21,540 nt of DNA from positions 1 through 21,540 of the forward strand of contig JAVZLK010000026.1 of assembly GCA_038883795.1 (NCBI GenBank), read 5' to 3'. Below the pieces are notes generated by a model. It worked only from the letters and a program-made list of their open reading frames with translations. It was not told the DNA's origin and ran no database searches. Numbering within the stretch: position 1 is the first letter of the stretch; the number at the start of each line of letters is the position of its first letter. The position numbers and the translations under genes are program-made. This DNA comes from Candidatus Bathyarchaeia archaeon. Its GTDB lineage: Archaea > Thermoproteota > Bathyarchaeia > Bathyarchaeales > Bathycorpusculaceae. Shown in pieces: positions 9,188 through 17,808 of the stretch.

Positions 9188-10753
9188 TTGAATGGTGAAG
9201 TTGTGAAGGTTGTTGAGTTCCGGATTCGCCGGTACGATCCAGACTCCAAAAAGAGCTACATTTCCACCTATAAGGTTCCGATTCTCCGTGGAACAACAAT
9301 CCTTGACGTGCTCAACTATATTAAGGAGAATTTGGATGAGACTCTCACGTTTAGGCATTCCTGCAGAATGGGGATTTGTGGAAGCTGCGCCGTAAACGTT
9401 AACGGCAAGCCCATGTTAGCATGCTACACGCAAGTTTTAGACCTAAACGCTGACACCATAATTATCGAGCCGCTGTCAAACCTTCCGGTCATAAAGGACT
9501 TGGTTGTGGACATTCAGCCTTTCTTCAAAAACTATAGGAAGATTAAAAACGTGTTGATCAAGCCGGCTGAAGCCTTCAAAAAGCCTGAAGAGTTTATACA
9601 GTCACCTGAAGACCTCAGAAAATACTGGGATTTGACGCTCTGCACGAAATGTTCGGTTTGCTATTCAGCTTGTCCAGCTGCCATAGACGAGAGGTTCCTC
9701 GGGCCTTCAGCCTTGGCAGTTAACTACAGGTTTATCGCCGATTCAAGGGATGAAGGGCTGGACGAGAGGCTTAAGGTTATGGCTGACAATGTCTGGCTTT
9801 GCACCGCATGCAATTCCTGCACGCTTTTCTGTCCAAAGCTTGTTAACTGTGCAAGCTCTGTGGTGGAAGATCGCAGTCTGTTGGTGGAGATGGGGGTCGT
9901 TCCAAGAACCGTCAAAGATGTCCTCGAAAGCGTTATGAAATATCACAACCCCATGGGAACTCACCAGAGCAAGCGTTTGGCTTGGGCTGAAGGCTTAAAC
10001 ATAAAAGCGTACCCAAACGTGACGAAGGCGGACGTGCTATACTTTGTCTGTTGTTCAGCAGCCTACGACATAAGGAACAGGGAAGCCGCTAGAGCCATGG
10101 CGGCTTTGCTGAACAAGCTGAACGTTGATTATGCCACTTTAGGCGAGGAGGAATGGTGCTGTGGAGACCACATCCTCCGCATGGGTGAGAAAGGCTTGTT
10201 TGAAATGCTTGCAGAACACAATGTGGCTGTTTTCCAAAAGTTCAACGCAAACCTCGTTGTGACACTTTCACCCCACTGCTACAACACCTTCAAAAACGAT
10301 AAGCCCTACAGGGATTTAGGCCTAAACGTCCAGCATTACACGCAGTTTCTAGCCGAAGCCATAAACCAAGGCAAACTTAAACCATCAAAACCATATCCAA
10401 AACGGGTCGCCTACCACGACCCATGCTTCTTAGGGAAACGAAACCAAATTTACGACGAGCCAAGGCAAATTCTACAGTCAATAAACGGCCTAGAATTTGT
10501 AGAGATGCGAAGATCCCGCGAAAACAGCTTCTGCTGTGGCGGTGGAGCGGGTAGAGTCTGGACTGAAGAGGCTGACTCGGCGAAAAGGCCGTGTGTGAAC
10601 CGCGTCAAGGAAGCTTTAGAACTTGAAGTTGACACCATTGCAGTTGCATGCCCCTTCTGTGTAACAACTTTTGAAGACGCTGTAAAAGTTCTAGGAGTGG
10701 AAGACAAAATAGTCGTTAAAGACATCCTCGAGATTCTAAAAGAAATTCTTTAA
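9188..10753 (+). CDS. tfrB: Fumarate reductase Fe-S subunit fused to two CCG domains (TfrB-like; SdhB + HdrD-type)
   Basis: 2Fe-2S CRMGICGSC...LAC; 4Fe-4S CTKCSVCYSACP and CTACNSCTLFCP; CCG repeats (WCCG...SPHC; HDPC...FCCGGG...ACPFC). Confidence 0.85.
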   Translation: MNGEVVKVVEFRIRRYDPDSKKSYISTYKVPILRGTTILDVLNYIKENLDETLTFRHSCRMGICGSCAVNVNGKPMLACYTQVLDLNADTIIIEPLSNLPVIKDLVVDIQPFFKNYRKIKNVLIKPAEAFKKPEEFIQSPEDLRKYWDLTLCTKCSVCYSACPAAIDERFLGPSALAVNYRFIADSRDEGLDERLKVMADNVWLCTACNSCTLFCPKLVNCASSVVEDRSLLVEMGVVPRTVKDVLESVMKYHNPMGTHQSKRLAWAEGLNIKAYPNVTKADVLYFVCCSAAYDIRNREAARAMAALLNKLNVDYATLGEEEWCCGDHILRMGEKGLFEMLAEHNVAVFQKFNANLVVTLSPHCYNTFKNDKPYRDLGLNVQHYTQFLAEAINQGKLKPSKPYPKRVAYHDPCFLGKRNQIYDEPRQILQSINGLEFVEMRRSRENSFCCGGGAGRVWTEEADSAKRPCVNRVKEALELEVDTIAVACPFCVTTFEDAVKVLGVEDKIVVKDILEILKEIL

Positions 10754-10765
10754 ACTCCTTTACCT

Positions 10766-10810
10766 ATTTCCCTTTTTTCACTAAAATGTCAGTAGATTGA
10801 TTTTTGTGTT
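10766..10810 (+). terminator. Probable archaeal oligo-T terminator of the operon
   Basis: T-runs (tttccctttttt, tttttgtgtt) immediately after the last stop codon. Confidence 0.4.
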
Positions 10811-11211
10811 GGTTTTATGCCTGCATTACATTGTCCTCATTTTATCTGGTTTTATGGGCTTTATGGCTGTCCGGACTATAAGTATTATGGGCTATTATGC
10901 AGGTAAAGTGCGGGTTGGGATGTTTCTCGTCCTCTTAAGTACATGATATGTTCGAACAATGTGGTGTTATTTGATTGTGCACAATAACTTAACAGCACTA
11001 ACAGAACAACAGCGCTACTTTTCCACTGCATGTTTCCAAAGTAAAGGTGCGGTGGGTTACGGGCGATACTTGGGGATAATGATTTGGAGGGTGGCTGTCG
11101 CAATTGACAGTATCCTTTGAAAGCCTCTCTGGTGGATAGTGTCCATTGAAGGAGGCAGAAAATTCTTGTGTTTTCATCGTGAGCATTTATTGAGGCAGAA
11201 TCAGTGAAGAC

Positions 11212-11875
11212 TCATAGCCGACCAGCCTTCAGCTGATGCTGAATGAGTTGCCGTTTGTAATCATGTGATTTAGGTTGAAATTTTGTATTCCTTAAGTTTT
11301 TGGCTAGCATTTTCCTGAACTTTTTCATTAAAATGTTCATGACGTTATCCGCTGTGGTTCTCGCTTCATCCATTTCAAATGCAGCTTTCACGTCTAGGGC
11401 TAGACCGCATTTCATACAGAACTCGCGTCATATGCGTTTGTGGCTTCACATCTCGGGCATATACGCGGTGTGAGTTTTGGCTTCTATTCAGTTTGCTTTT
11501 TAAGTCCATAAACGCATAGAATGGCGTCGTTAACGTCTCTTCTGAAAGTTGCACGTATATGCTTGGCATCTCTGAACTCTGCTTCCACCCAAATATCTGG
11601 TTCATATGGGCTTCTGTAAGCTTACCCGCTAGGAAAGTGGCTCGGCTATGTCGGAATTTATGAGGTGTGACGCGCTTCTTTATTCCTGCCTTTTGGCAGC
11701 AACTTTCAATATTTAGCTAGGGCTGGATAGCTCATGGCTTGTAGCGGTTAACCTGTTCCCATGTTAGTCCATAATGGGCTTTGGGCTTAGCCCTAAGGGG
11801 GTGATTCTGTATCCAGCTTGAAGGTACGGTGTAGCTGCAACTACTACGATGCACCTCGAGTCAGTCTTTCCCCCT
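11212..11875 (-). pseudogene. Tyrosine recombinase/integrase remnant (C-terminal part, archaeal type with Zn ribbon)
   Basis: Manual translation across frameshifts: GKTDSRCIVVVAATPYLQA / WIQNHPL / KAGIKKRVTPHKFRHSRATFLAGKLTEAHMNQIFGWKQSSEMPSIYVQLS (HxxR, W, catalytic Y) / RDVNDAIL...ICPRC / CMKCGLALD. Several frameshifts and one in-frame stop; N-terminus absent. Confidence 0.9.
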
Positions 11876-11900
11876 AGGCATGAGCGCTATGTGAACGCCC

Positions 11901-13527
11901 TTGGCACGAAATCATTTCCTTATATATTATTTAAATGAGTTAGAAAGTGACCCGACAAAAGATTTTTTGTTAGTTATGCATGTAAAACACATGTACCTTG
12001 AGTTTTTCAAGAACCAGAATAATGGGGCAAGATGGAAAGAAAGACTGGACACCCTTAAAGATTTAGACCTAACGCTCAGTCCAATATTTGAAGCTGTTTG
12101 GCTTTTTGGTAAATGGAAGATTGAGAAAAATTATGAATTAGCAATTAAATCAGCCAAAAAATTTGAAGAGATGGAAAGGATAGCTTATGAGAAAAACTGG
12201 TTTTGGATTTTAACGTGCTGTTTGGAAACAGCTGTTTACATCTATAAAATGTTAGGATATGAGGAACGGCTGAAACTGGTTTCAAAAAGGATAGTTGGCT
12301 ATCTAAAAGAGAAGAAAGAAACGTTCCCTCTTCATACAATATTGGAAGTGAGTCGTTTGTTTAATGATGTAATAAACGTCGCCGAAAGGGAAGATATAGA
12401 GTACGTCTATGTAACGCTGATTGAATTCTCGGAAAGAATGTCAGAGGATAAGAATTTCAATTTTCAAAGAGGCTTTTTGTTTGAGGCGATAAAAATTGCG
12501 AAATTCTTAAAACTCAAAGATGATGAAAAACAACTACATGAAAAACTTATACAGAGTTGGATTAATGAAGCACATGAGAAGGGAAGAACAAGCAAATTAG
12601 TCAAACATTTTATTCTTCAAAAAGCATTAGATTACAGTGTCAAGATAGGCGATAAAGAAAGGACGCAGCAACTGAAGAAAGAATTAGCTGGAATTGATTT
12701 TTCGGACGAGCTAAAAGAGATAACCCTGCCAGAGCAAGAACGAGAACAACTCGAAAAAATCGCTAAAGAATACTACGAAACGCTAGGAGAGAGCATTCGA
12801 GAATACCTTAATAGTTTAAGCAATCTCCCTTCAGCGCAGATACTTTTGAATATATGCATGAATGAATCGATAATTCGCATCAATTTAGAAAAAACAAAGG
12901 AATTTGTACAAAAGTTGATGAGAGAACATCCGCTGCAAAATATTTTTAGCACTATTTTACTCGCCAGCGAGAAAACTATTCGATTAGAATCTATTAAAGA
13001 TAAAGAGAAATTTCAACTAAACCAGCAACTAAACTTTGGAGTACTTGAAACAATTTGGGTGATAACTCGGATTCTTAGAGAACTCCAAGATAAAAACATT
13101 TTAACAATGTCTTTGGTTGCTGATTTTCTTTCACGATGTAATTTAAGCAAAAAAATAACTTTGAATTAATTCTGCATGGAGCAAAACATCATTTTCAAGG
13201 CGATTATGTAGCTTCCGTTTCAATCTTGACACCATTAATCGAAAGCATATTGATTATTTACGTGCAATAGGAGCGGATGTTTCAAGCTATGAAAGCAAAA
13301 TTATTGAGCAAAGAGAACTTGGTGGGCTTCTAAATCTAAAGGAAGTTAAAGATAATTTTGGCGAGAATTTTCAATACTTCTTAAACTACTTTTGGTTGAA
13401 GCGAATTCTATTAACTTCAGAAATAGGTTTGCTCATGGAAATGTGGCAATAGAAGAGTTTAATGAAAGTACCTCTTCTGTCATCCTTTTTCATAATTTTA
13501 AAAATTTGTTCAAAAACTTTTAATTAG
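11901..13527 (+). pseudogene. DUF4209-like (HEPN, R-x4-H) domain protein, frameshifted in the C-terminal domain
   Basis: The 422-aa helical ORF continues in shifted frames: FELILHGAKHHFQGDYVASVSILTPLIESIL / DYLRAIGADV...LGGLLNLKEVKDNFGENFQYFL / KLLLVEANSINFRNRFAHGNV (RNRFAHG at 13419-13439). Start codon uncertain. Confidence 0.75.
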
Positions 13528-14029
13528 CATAAAAAGCTGAATTACAAAGTAGGTATATCAAATAGATATCGTTTTAACTTGTTCCACCCAAAATTAAAAT
13601 AAAGGCTTAAAAGTCCTTTTTGGATATAAACGGCTTTTACTGTAACAATCTAGCAAGGAGCAACAGCACAGACAATTCTACCTAAAATAGGCGCACTACA
13701 TTATAGAAATAATTTACTTTGTTACTCAACGGCACGTTCGCCACTAATGATGGAAGGTTTGTTGGTTAGGGATCGAATGTCAATGAAAAAGGCTATACTT
13801 ACATGTAAAAGTAGGAGCCCAAGCGCATTTACGTTGGAAAGGGCGCGTCTTCAAAGGGAAACGTAACGGTTAATGTTTACAAGACTTGGCAAAGTATTAT
13901 GTTTAAAATTGGGACTCAAGAAGCAGGCAAAAGTCCAAGGCGAATTTTTGGGCCGTTAATTATGCCCTATTATCTACTACTTCTACTGCTCTTGGACGTG
14001 TTAGGGGCTTCACAATAACGCTTCTTTAC

Positions 14030-14557
14030 ATGTTGTTTGATGGTGATGGGCGCTGTTGCGACTTGGCTGAAAGGGCTGGAAAAAACCAGAATTATGTTTG
14101 GCGGTATTTGAAGAACATGCAAAGGTATGGTTTAGCCTTGAAAAATGGTGATTTTTGGTTTTTGACTGATTCTGGGGTTGAATTTGTTAAGTATTTGAAT
14201 TTCACATATAATAATATAAATGATTATCGAAAGAAAGTAGAAACTAACCAGCCAAAAACAACAAAACAAATTCCCATAAGCTTGTGGCTGCAAAATTCTG
14301 GCTTAGACAATGTGGAAAAGGAAGTAGTAGAAGTATTATTAAACCATTACAATGAAACAGGCTCAAAATTCATCCTTGTTAAAGACCAGTTTGAACTTGC
14401 AGAAAAATTAAATGCAAACCCCGGTGAAATTCTCGAAGCACTTAAAAACCTTAGACAAGACAACATAATCTACCTATACCGCTCAGACATACAAAACTAC
14501 TGGAAAATAGGGCTCAAAATAAATTTCTTAAAAATCTTAAAACTAAGTAATATTTGA
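14030..14557 (+). CDS. Tandem winged-helix DNA-binding protein (element regulator/replication-type); 5' end probably damaged
   Basis: Two wHTH-like units: CDLAERAGKNQNYVWRYLKNMQRYGLALKNGDFWFLTDSG and ELAEKLNANPGEILEALKNLRQDNIIY...WKIGL. The frame stays open upstream (GRVRGFTITLLY) with no start codon. Confidence 0.65.
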   Translation: MLFDGDGRCCDLAERAGKNQNYVWRYLKNMQRYGLALKNGDFWFLTDSGVEFVKYLNFTYNNINDYRKKVETNQPKTTKQIPISLWLQNSGLDNVEKEVVEVLLNHYNETGSKFILVKDQFELAEKLNANPGEILEALKNLRQDNIIYLYRSDIQNYWKIGLKINFLKILKLSNI

Positions 14558-14578
14558 AAATCACAAATAACACTTTTG

Positions 14579-16888
14579 TTAAAGAAACCAAGCTTTCTTC
14601 CAGAGGTTAGGGCTCTTCAGCTCTAATTTCGCCGCTAAAGCGGCAGCTTTGCTGGCAAAATGAGTTGTTACCGGCTTGGAAGTCACCGCTAACATATATC
14701 CTCCATAAACAAGAGAAAGGTCGAAAACTTCCTTGCAAGTTTCGCGAATTAATTCCGTGCTTGGTTTTGGCTTCTTTACTTCAATAGTTATCGGCTTTTG
14801 AGCACCACGAATTTCCTGAGGTGGTCCGCTTGTAACTAAGATAGCTTCACTTGGTGTTGTCTGTATATAGCTACCCCTCTTCACCATATAATCTGCTGAA
14901 GCCAGATCATATATTCTATGTATTCCGAGCTTCTTTATACTCACTATCTTAGAGTCTGGCTTCATGGATTGTTCTATAATTTTCATTTCGAGATCAGACC
15001 ATATTTCGCCATCCTTATGTAAAACAACCTGCCTTGGGAGTCCGTGAATTTTTGAAAAAACTTTTACAGCATCATTAAGTCTGCTTTCTAATACTTCTGG
15101 ATAATTTTTCTTGCGAACAGCTTCAGTCCACCCACCAAGCCATTGACCGTAATTATCAAAGACTTGTAGGGACATATAAACAACATCTTTCCGTATGATG
15201 GAAGAGAGTCCTATGAAACATTTCTGTTCACCAACGGGCTGGTCTAGTATCCAAGCTATCCCTCCTATTTTAGCATAAATACACAGTGATAAATTTTTCA
15301 AATACCCGGAATATTTTGAAATTGAAACATTGGGACCAATATTCTTCTCCAAAACAAATTGGCAGGGGATTCCTTCCTTAGATAGTTCTTGCTTATAAGG
15401 CTTGTATTGCCTTACATTTTTTTCTCCCGTTAGTTTTGTTATTATTATTGCTATATGTGGCTGTCTTCGGAAACGAATTCTTGACTCTCGCACGCTTTTT
15501 TGAACAACATCATCGGTAAATCTTGGAATGTTTACTCTAAACAATTTTTTTAATCCAGGAAAACTCGGTCGATTAGAAAAACCTTCAACCAAGTAATTAT
15601 AGAAATTCATAATAGCTTCCTCTGGAAGGTCTGAAAAATTAAAAATTGTTATATAGACTTCGTTAAACCATCTCTTCGGTTTTCCATCCAGGTCGTAAGG
15701 CCCATAAGACTCCAATCCAATATAAGGTTCTAATTCCGTTTTATTTTTTGCGAAACGTAATCGTGGTTCGTTGAAAGTTTCATAATGCTCCCATATTTTA
15801 CCTTTAGAGCCTGCTTCTGCAAATCTACGCACAAGCCTAAGCGGAGGGAGTCTGCCTATTTTAATGTCGTCCACGTATGTTAAAAATCCTTTAGTTAGAT
15901 ACCAGCGTTCCTTCATAGATGGTTGAATATGTTTCATCACAAAAAGTCTACTGAATTTATCAAGCTCATGTAACTTTAACTCTTTTCTTAATCTTTCTAG
16001 TGGAAACTCGAGTATGTCACCAGTGCTTAGGATTTCAATAAGTGCAACTGGAGGCTTGTCTTTAATCGATCTTCCAAGTAAGCCCTCATTAGGACATATG
16101 TCTTTTCTTTGATGATATTCAATTAAATTCCCATAACTTGCATTAGAAGGAGTTTTGGTGAAGTCAAGCCTTGCAAGTAAACGTCTTCTTCCAGCTCCTT
16201 TTAACCGGCAATTGCTTGATGGTGTTTTACGTAATTTGCAATCGATTATCGGACATGCATCAACTACCGTTTCCCCTTCAATGATGGAAACTATCTCTTC
16301 ATTAGTTTTTCCAGCACTTTTCATCTCATCAATAATTTCCCTATAGTTTTTCCTGGGAACAAATCGAAACTTTGGATCAATCAATACAGCACATGAGCCG
16401 TCTTCGTAAACATAGGGCACAAAAATAAAACCTGGATATACGTCCATAACACCCATTGACAATTGTTCGCTGAGATTAAAGGACCAATAGTAAACTTGCT
16501 TGTAAGCTTCGACAAACCACCCTCTTGCTATCTGCTGATTTGAAATCGCTCTAGCCATAAGCCTTCTCAAAAGCTCTCTTCCATTGAGATCGCTTGGGTA
16601 AACATTTTTCGTTTCATCTCTGAGCCAATGAAATTGACCGTTTTTATTCGATACGTTTAATGTCTTTGGTAAAAGTGCAGGGTTCGAAGAAGCACAACAA
16701 ATAGATGAATAAGACTGCACTGCCACTAATGACAACTGAGTTTCAGTTTCCAGTTTTGAAATAGCCTTACCTACCACATACAGATTTTCTTCTGGAATTA
16801 TTTCCGTTGGTTTATAAAATACTAGGCTCACACCATCTTTGAAAGGCTTTCCCTCAAACTCAAAAATATTAACTTGCAGGTTCCTCAT
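14579..16888 (-). CDS. ago: Long prokaryotic Argonaute, catalytically inactive (long-B-like)
   Basis: 769 aa. N-terminal LQVNIFEF strand; L1-like DVYPGF...VLIDPKFRF; L2 EPRLRF...YGPYD; MID YKPYK...IPCQ...NLSLCIYAKIGG; PIWI CFIGLS, VLHKDG, RGSY, PVTTHFASK; C-terminal WFL. Tetrad D1 and D4 positions are Ser. Confidence 0.92.
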   Translation of the reverse strand: MRNLQVNIFEFEGKPFKDGVSLVFYKPTEIIPEENLYVVGKAISKLETETQLSLVAVQSYSSICCASSNPALLPKTLNVSNKNGQFHWLRDETKNVYPSDLNGRELLRRLMARAISNQQIARGWFVEAYKQVYYWSFNLSEQLSMGVMDVYPGFIFVPYVYEDGSCAVLIDPKFRFVPRKNYREIIDEMKSAGKTNEEIVSIIEGETVVDACPIIDCKLRKTPSSNCRLKGAGRRRLLARLDFTKTPSNASYGNLIEYHQRKDICPNEGLLGRSIKDKPPVALIEILSTGDILEFPLERLRKELKLHELDKFSRLFVMKHIQPSMKERWYLTKGFLTYVDDIKIGRLPPLRLVRRFAEAGSKGKIWEHYETFNEPRLRFAKNKTELEPYIGLESYGPYDLDGKPKRWFNEVYITIFNFSDLPEEAIMNFYNYLVEGFSNRPSFPGLKKLFRVNIPRFTDDVVQKSVRESRIRFRRQPHIAIIITKLTGEKNVRQYKPYKQELSKEGIPCQFVLEKNIGPNVSISKYSGYLKNLSLCIYAKIGGIAWILDQPVGEQKCFIGLSSIIRKDVVYMSLQVFDNYGQWLGGWTEAVRKKNYPEVLESRLNDAVKVFSKIHGLPRQVVLHKDGEIWSDLEMKIIEQSMKPDSKIVSIKKLGIHRIYDLASADYMVKRGSYIQTTPSEAILVTSGPPQEIRGAQKPITIEVKKPKPSTELIRETCKEVFDLSLVYGGYMLAVTSKPVTTHFASKAAALAAKLELKSPNLWKKAWFL

Positions 16889-17688
16889 ATTTTACTATGC
16901 TCCATATAAATGTTTAATGGATATGAATCTGGACCCAACGCCACCCTCACTTCAGCATTTTTCCATATCCTTCTAGTCACCCTCTCGATATAGTATAATA
17001 CGATGTATGCGAATGCCTGAGCCATTTTATGCCATTTTGTAGTTTTCACCAAATCCTCCATGAACGAATTCTCAATATCCAAAATGCTCTCATATATTGT
17101 AACTTGAGCTGCAAAATCTCCGTCCTTACTTATTTCGATATCAGATTCAAAATTTTCGTTATCATCTTTAAATTCTAGCTCTATCTTGTTTTCTTCGACG
17201 CTAGGTGTTTTCTTAAAAAACGGTAACCTACATAGTTCATTCGCGAGTAACTCGTGGTCAAATCCATCTGCATTTATTACGCCTGTTACACCTCCGACAA
17301 ACCCAGGCTTTTCCCTTATTTTATTTTCACTTAGCTCCTTTTCAATCCTACTAAAAACATCAAGAACATAGCTTCCATACTTTGTTATAATATAATTTCC
17401 TTCAGCAGTTTGGTCAATAAGTGCGTTGTCTTTCAGAACTTGCAGGTCATAGGTTAGCCTTTGAGAGTTATAATCCATCAGTCTTCTAGAAGATTGAACG
17501 TCTCTTAAAAGTTCAGCAAAACGCGTTTCTCCAACACTTGATTTACTAAGGGATTTTAAGATGGCCAGGCGATTTTGGCATACAGCAGGTTTTTGACTGA
17601 AGACTGCTGAAAAGATATCGGAGGCTCGTATCCTTTTATTTGTATTTTCTATTTTTGATTTATCATTAAGCACTTTTCGTCGTTGCAT
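16885..17688 (-). CDS. Ago-coupled protein: N-terminal winged HTH plus C-terminal alpha/beta domain
   Basis: NRLAILKSL...RFAELL...SQRLTYDLQVLKDNALIDQTAEGNYIITKYG is an ArsR/HxlR-like wHTH. Its stop overlaps the ago start (ATGA). ATG 17688 is preferred because minus-strand TTTATACA (17717-17710) lies ~25 nt upstream. Confidence 0.8.
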   Translation of the reverse strand: MQRRKVLNDKSKIENTNKRIRASDIFSAVFSQKPAVCQNRLAILKSLSKSSVGETRFAELLRDVQSSRRLMDYNSQRLTYDLQVLKDNALIDQTAEGNYIITKYGSYVLDVFSRIEKELSENKIREKPGFVGGVTGVINADGFDHELLANELCRLPFFKKTPSVEENKIELEFKDDNENFESDIEISKDGDFAAQVTIYESILDIENSFMEDLVKTTKWHKMAQAFAYIVLYYIERVTRRIWKNAEVRVALGPDSYPLNIYMEHSKI

Positions 17689-17709
17689 GTATGTTTTTAC
17701 TTTGTAAGT

Positions 17710-17781
17710 TGTATAAAAAACTTTTGTGTTAGGAAACATGCTAACAAAAAAGTTATTTTGTATTCCCAAATACTTTTAAGT
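17710..17781. promoter_or_regulatory. Divergent archaeal promoter pair with a central 18-bp inverted repeat
   Basis: TATA-like TTTATACA (- strand, 17717-17710) and TTTTAAGT (+ strand, 17774-17781). Arms AAAAAACTTTTGTGTTAG (17715-17732) and CTAACAAAAAAGTTATTT (17741-17758) are 16/18 complementary with an 8-nt spacer. Confidence 0.65.
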
Positions 17782-17808
17782 TATTATGTAAAGATACAAA
17801 ATTGGTGA

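Noticed and set aside
140-10725. Many short antisense or overlapping ORFs in the track (e.g. 140-430, 1465-1698, 3742-4137, 6872-7276, 8506-8937)
   Set aside because: They are shadows of well-supported genes, with no motifs or RBS.
10885-11605. Minus-strand ORFs 10885-11103, 10998-11186, 11212-11415 and 11375-11605 as independent genes
   Set aside because: The last two are integrase pieces; the first two show no coding features.
13740-13870. Possible degraded small gene (...EKGYTY...PKRIYVGK...) upstream of the wHTH gene
   Set aside because: Too fragmented to assign by eye.
17689-17769. Longer TTG start for the wHTH gene (294 aa in the track)
   Set aside because: The extension runs through the TATA box and inverted repeat; ATG 17688 fits promoter spacing.
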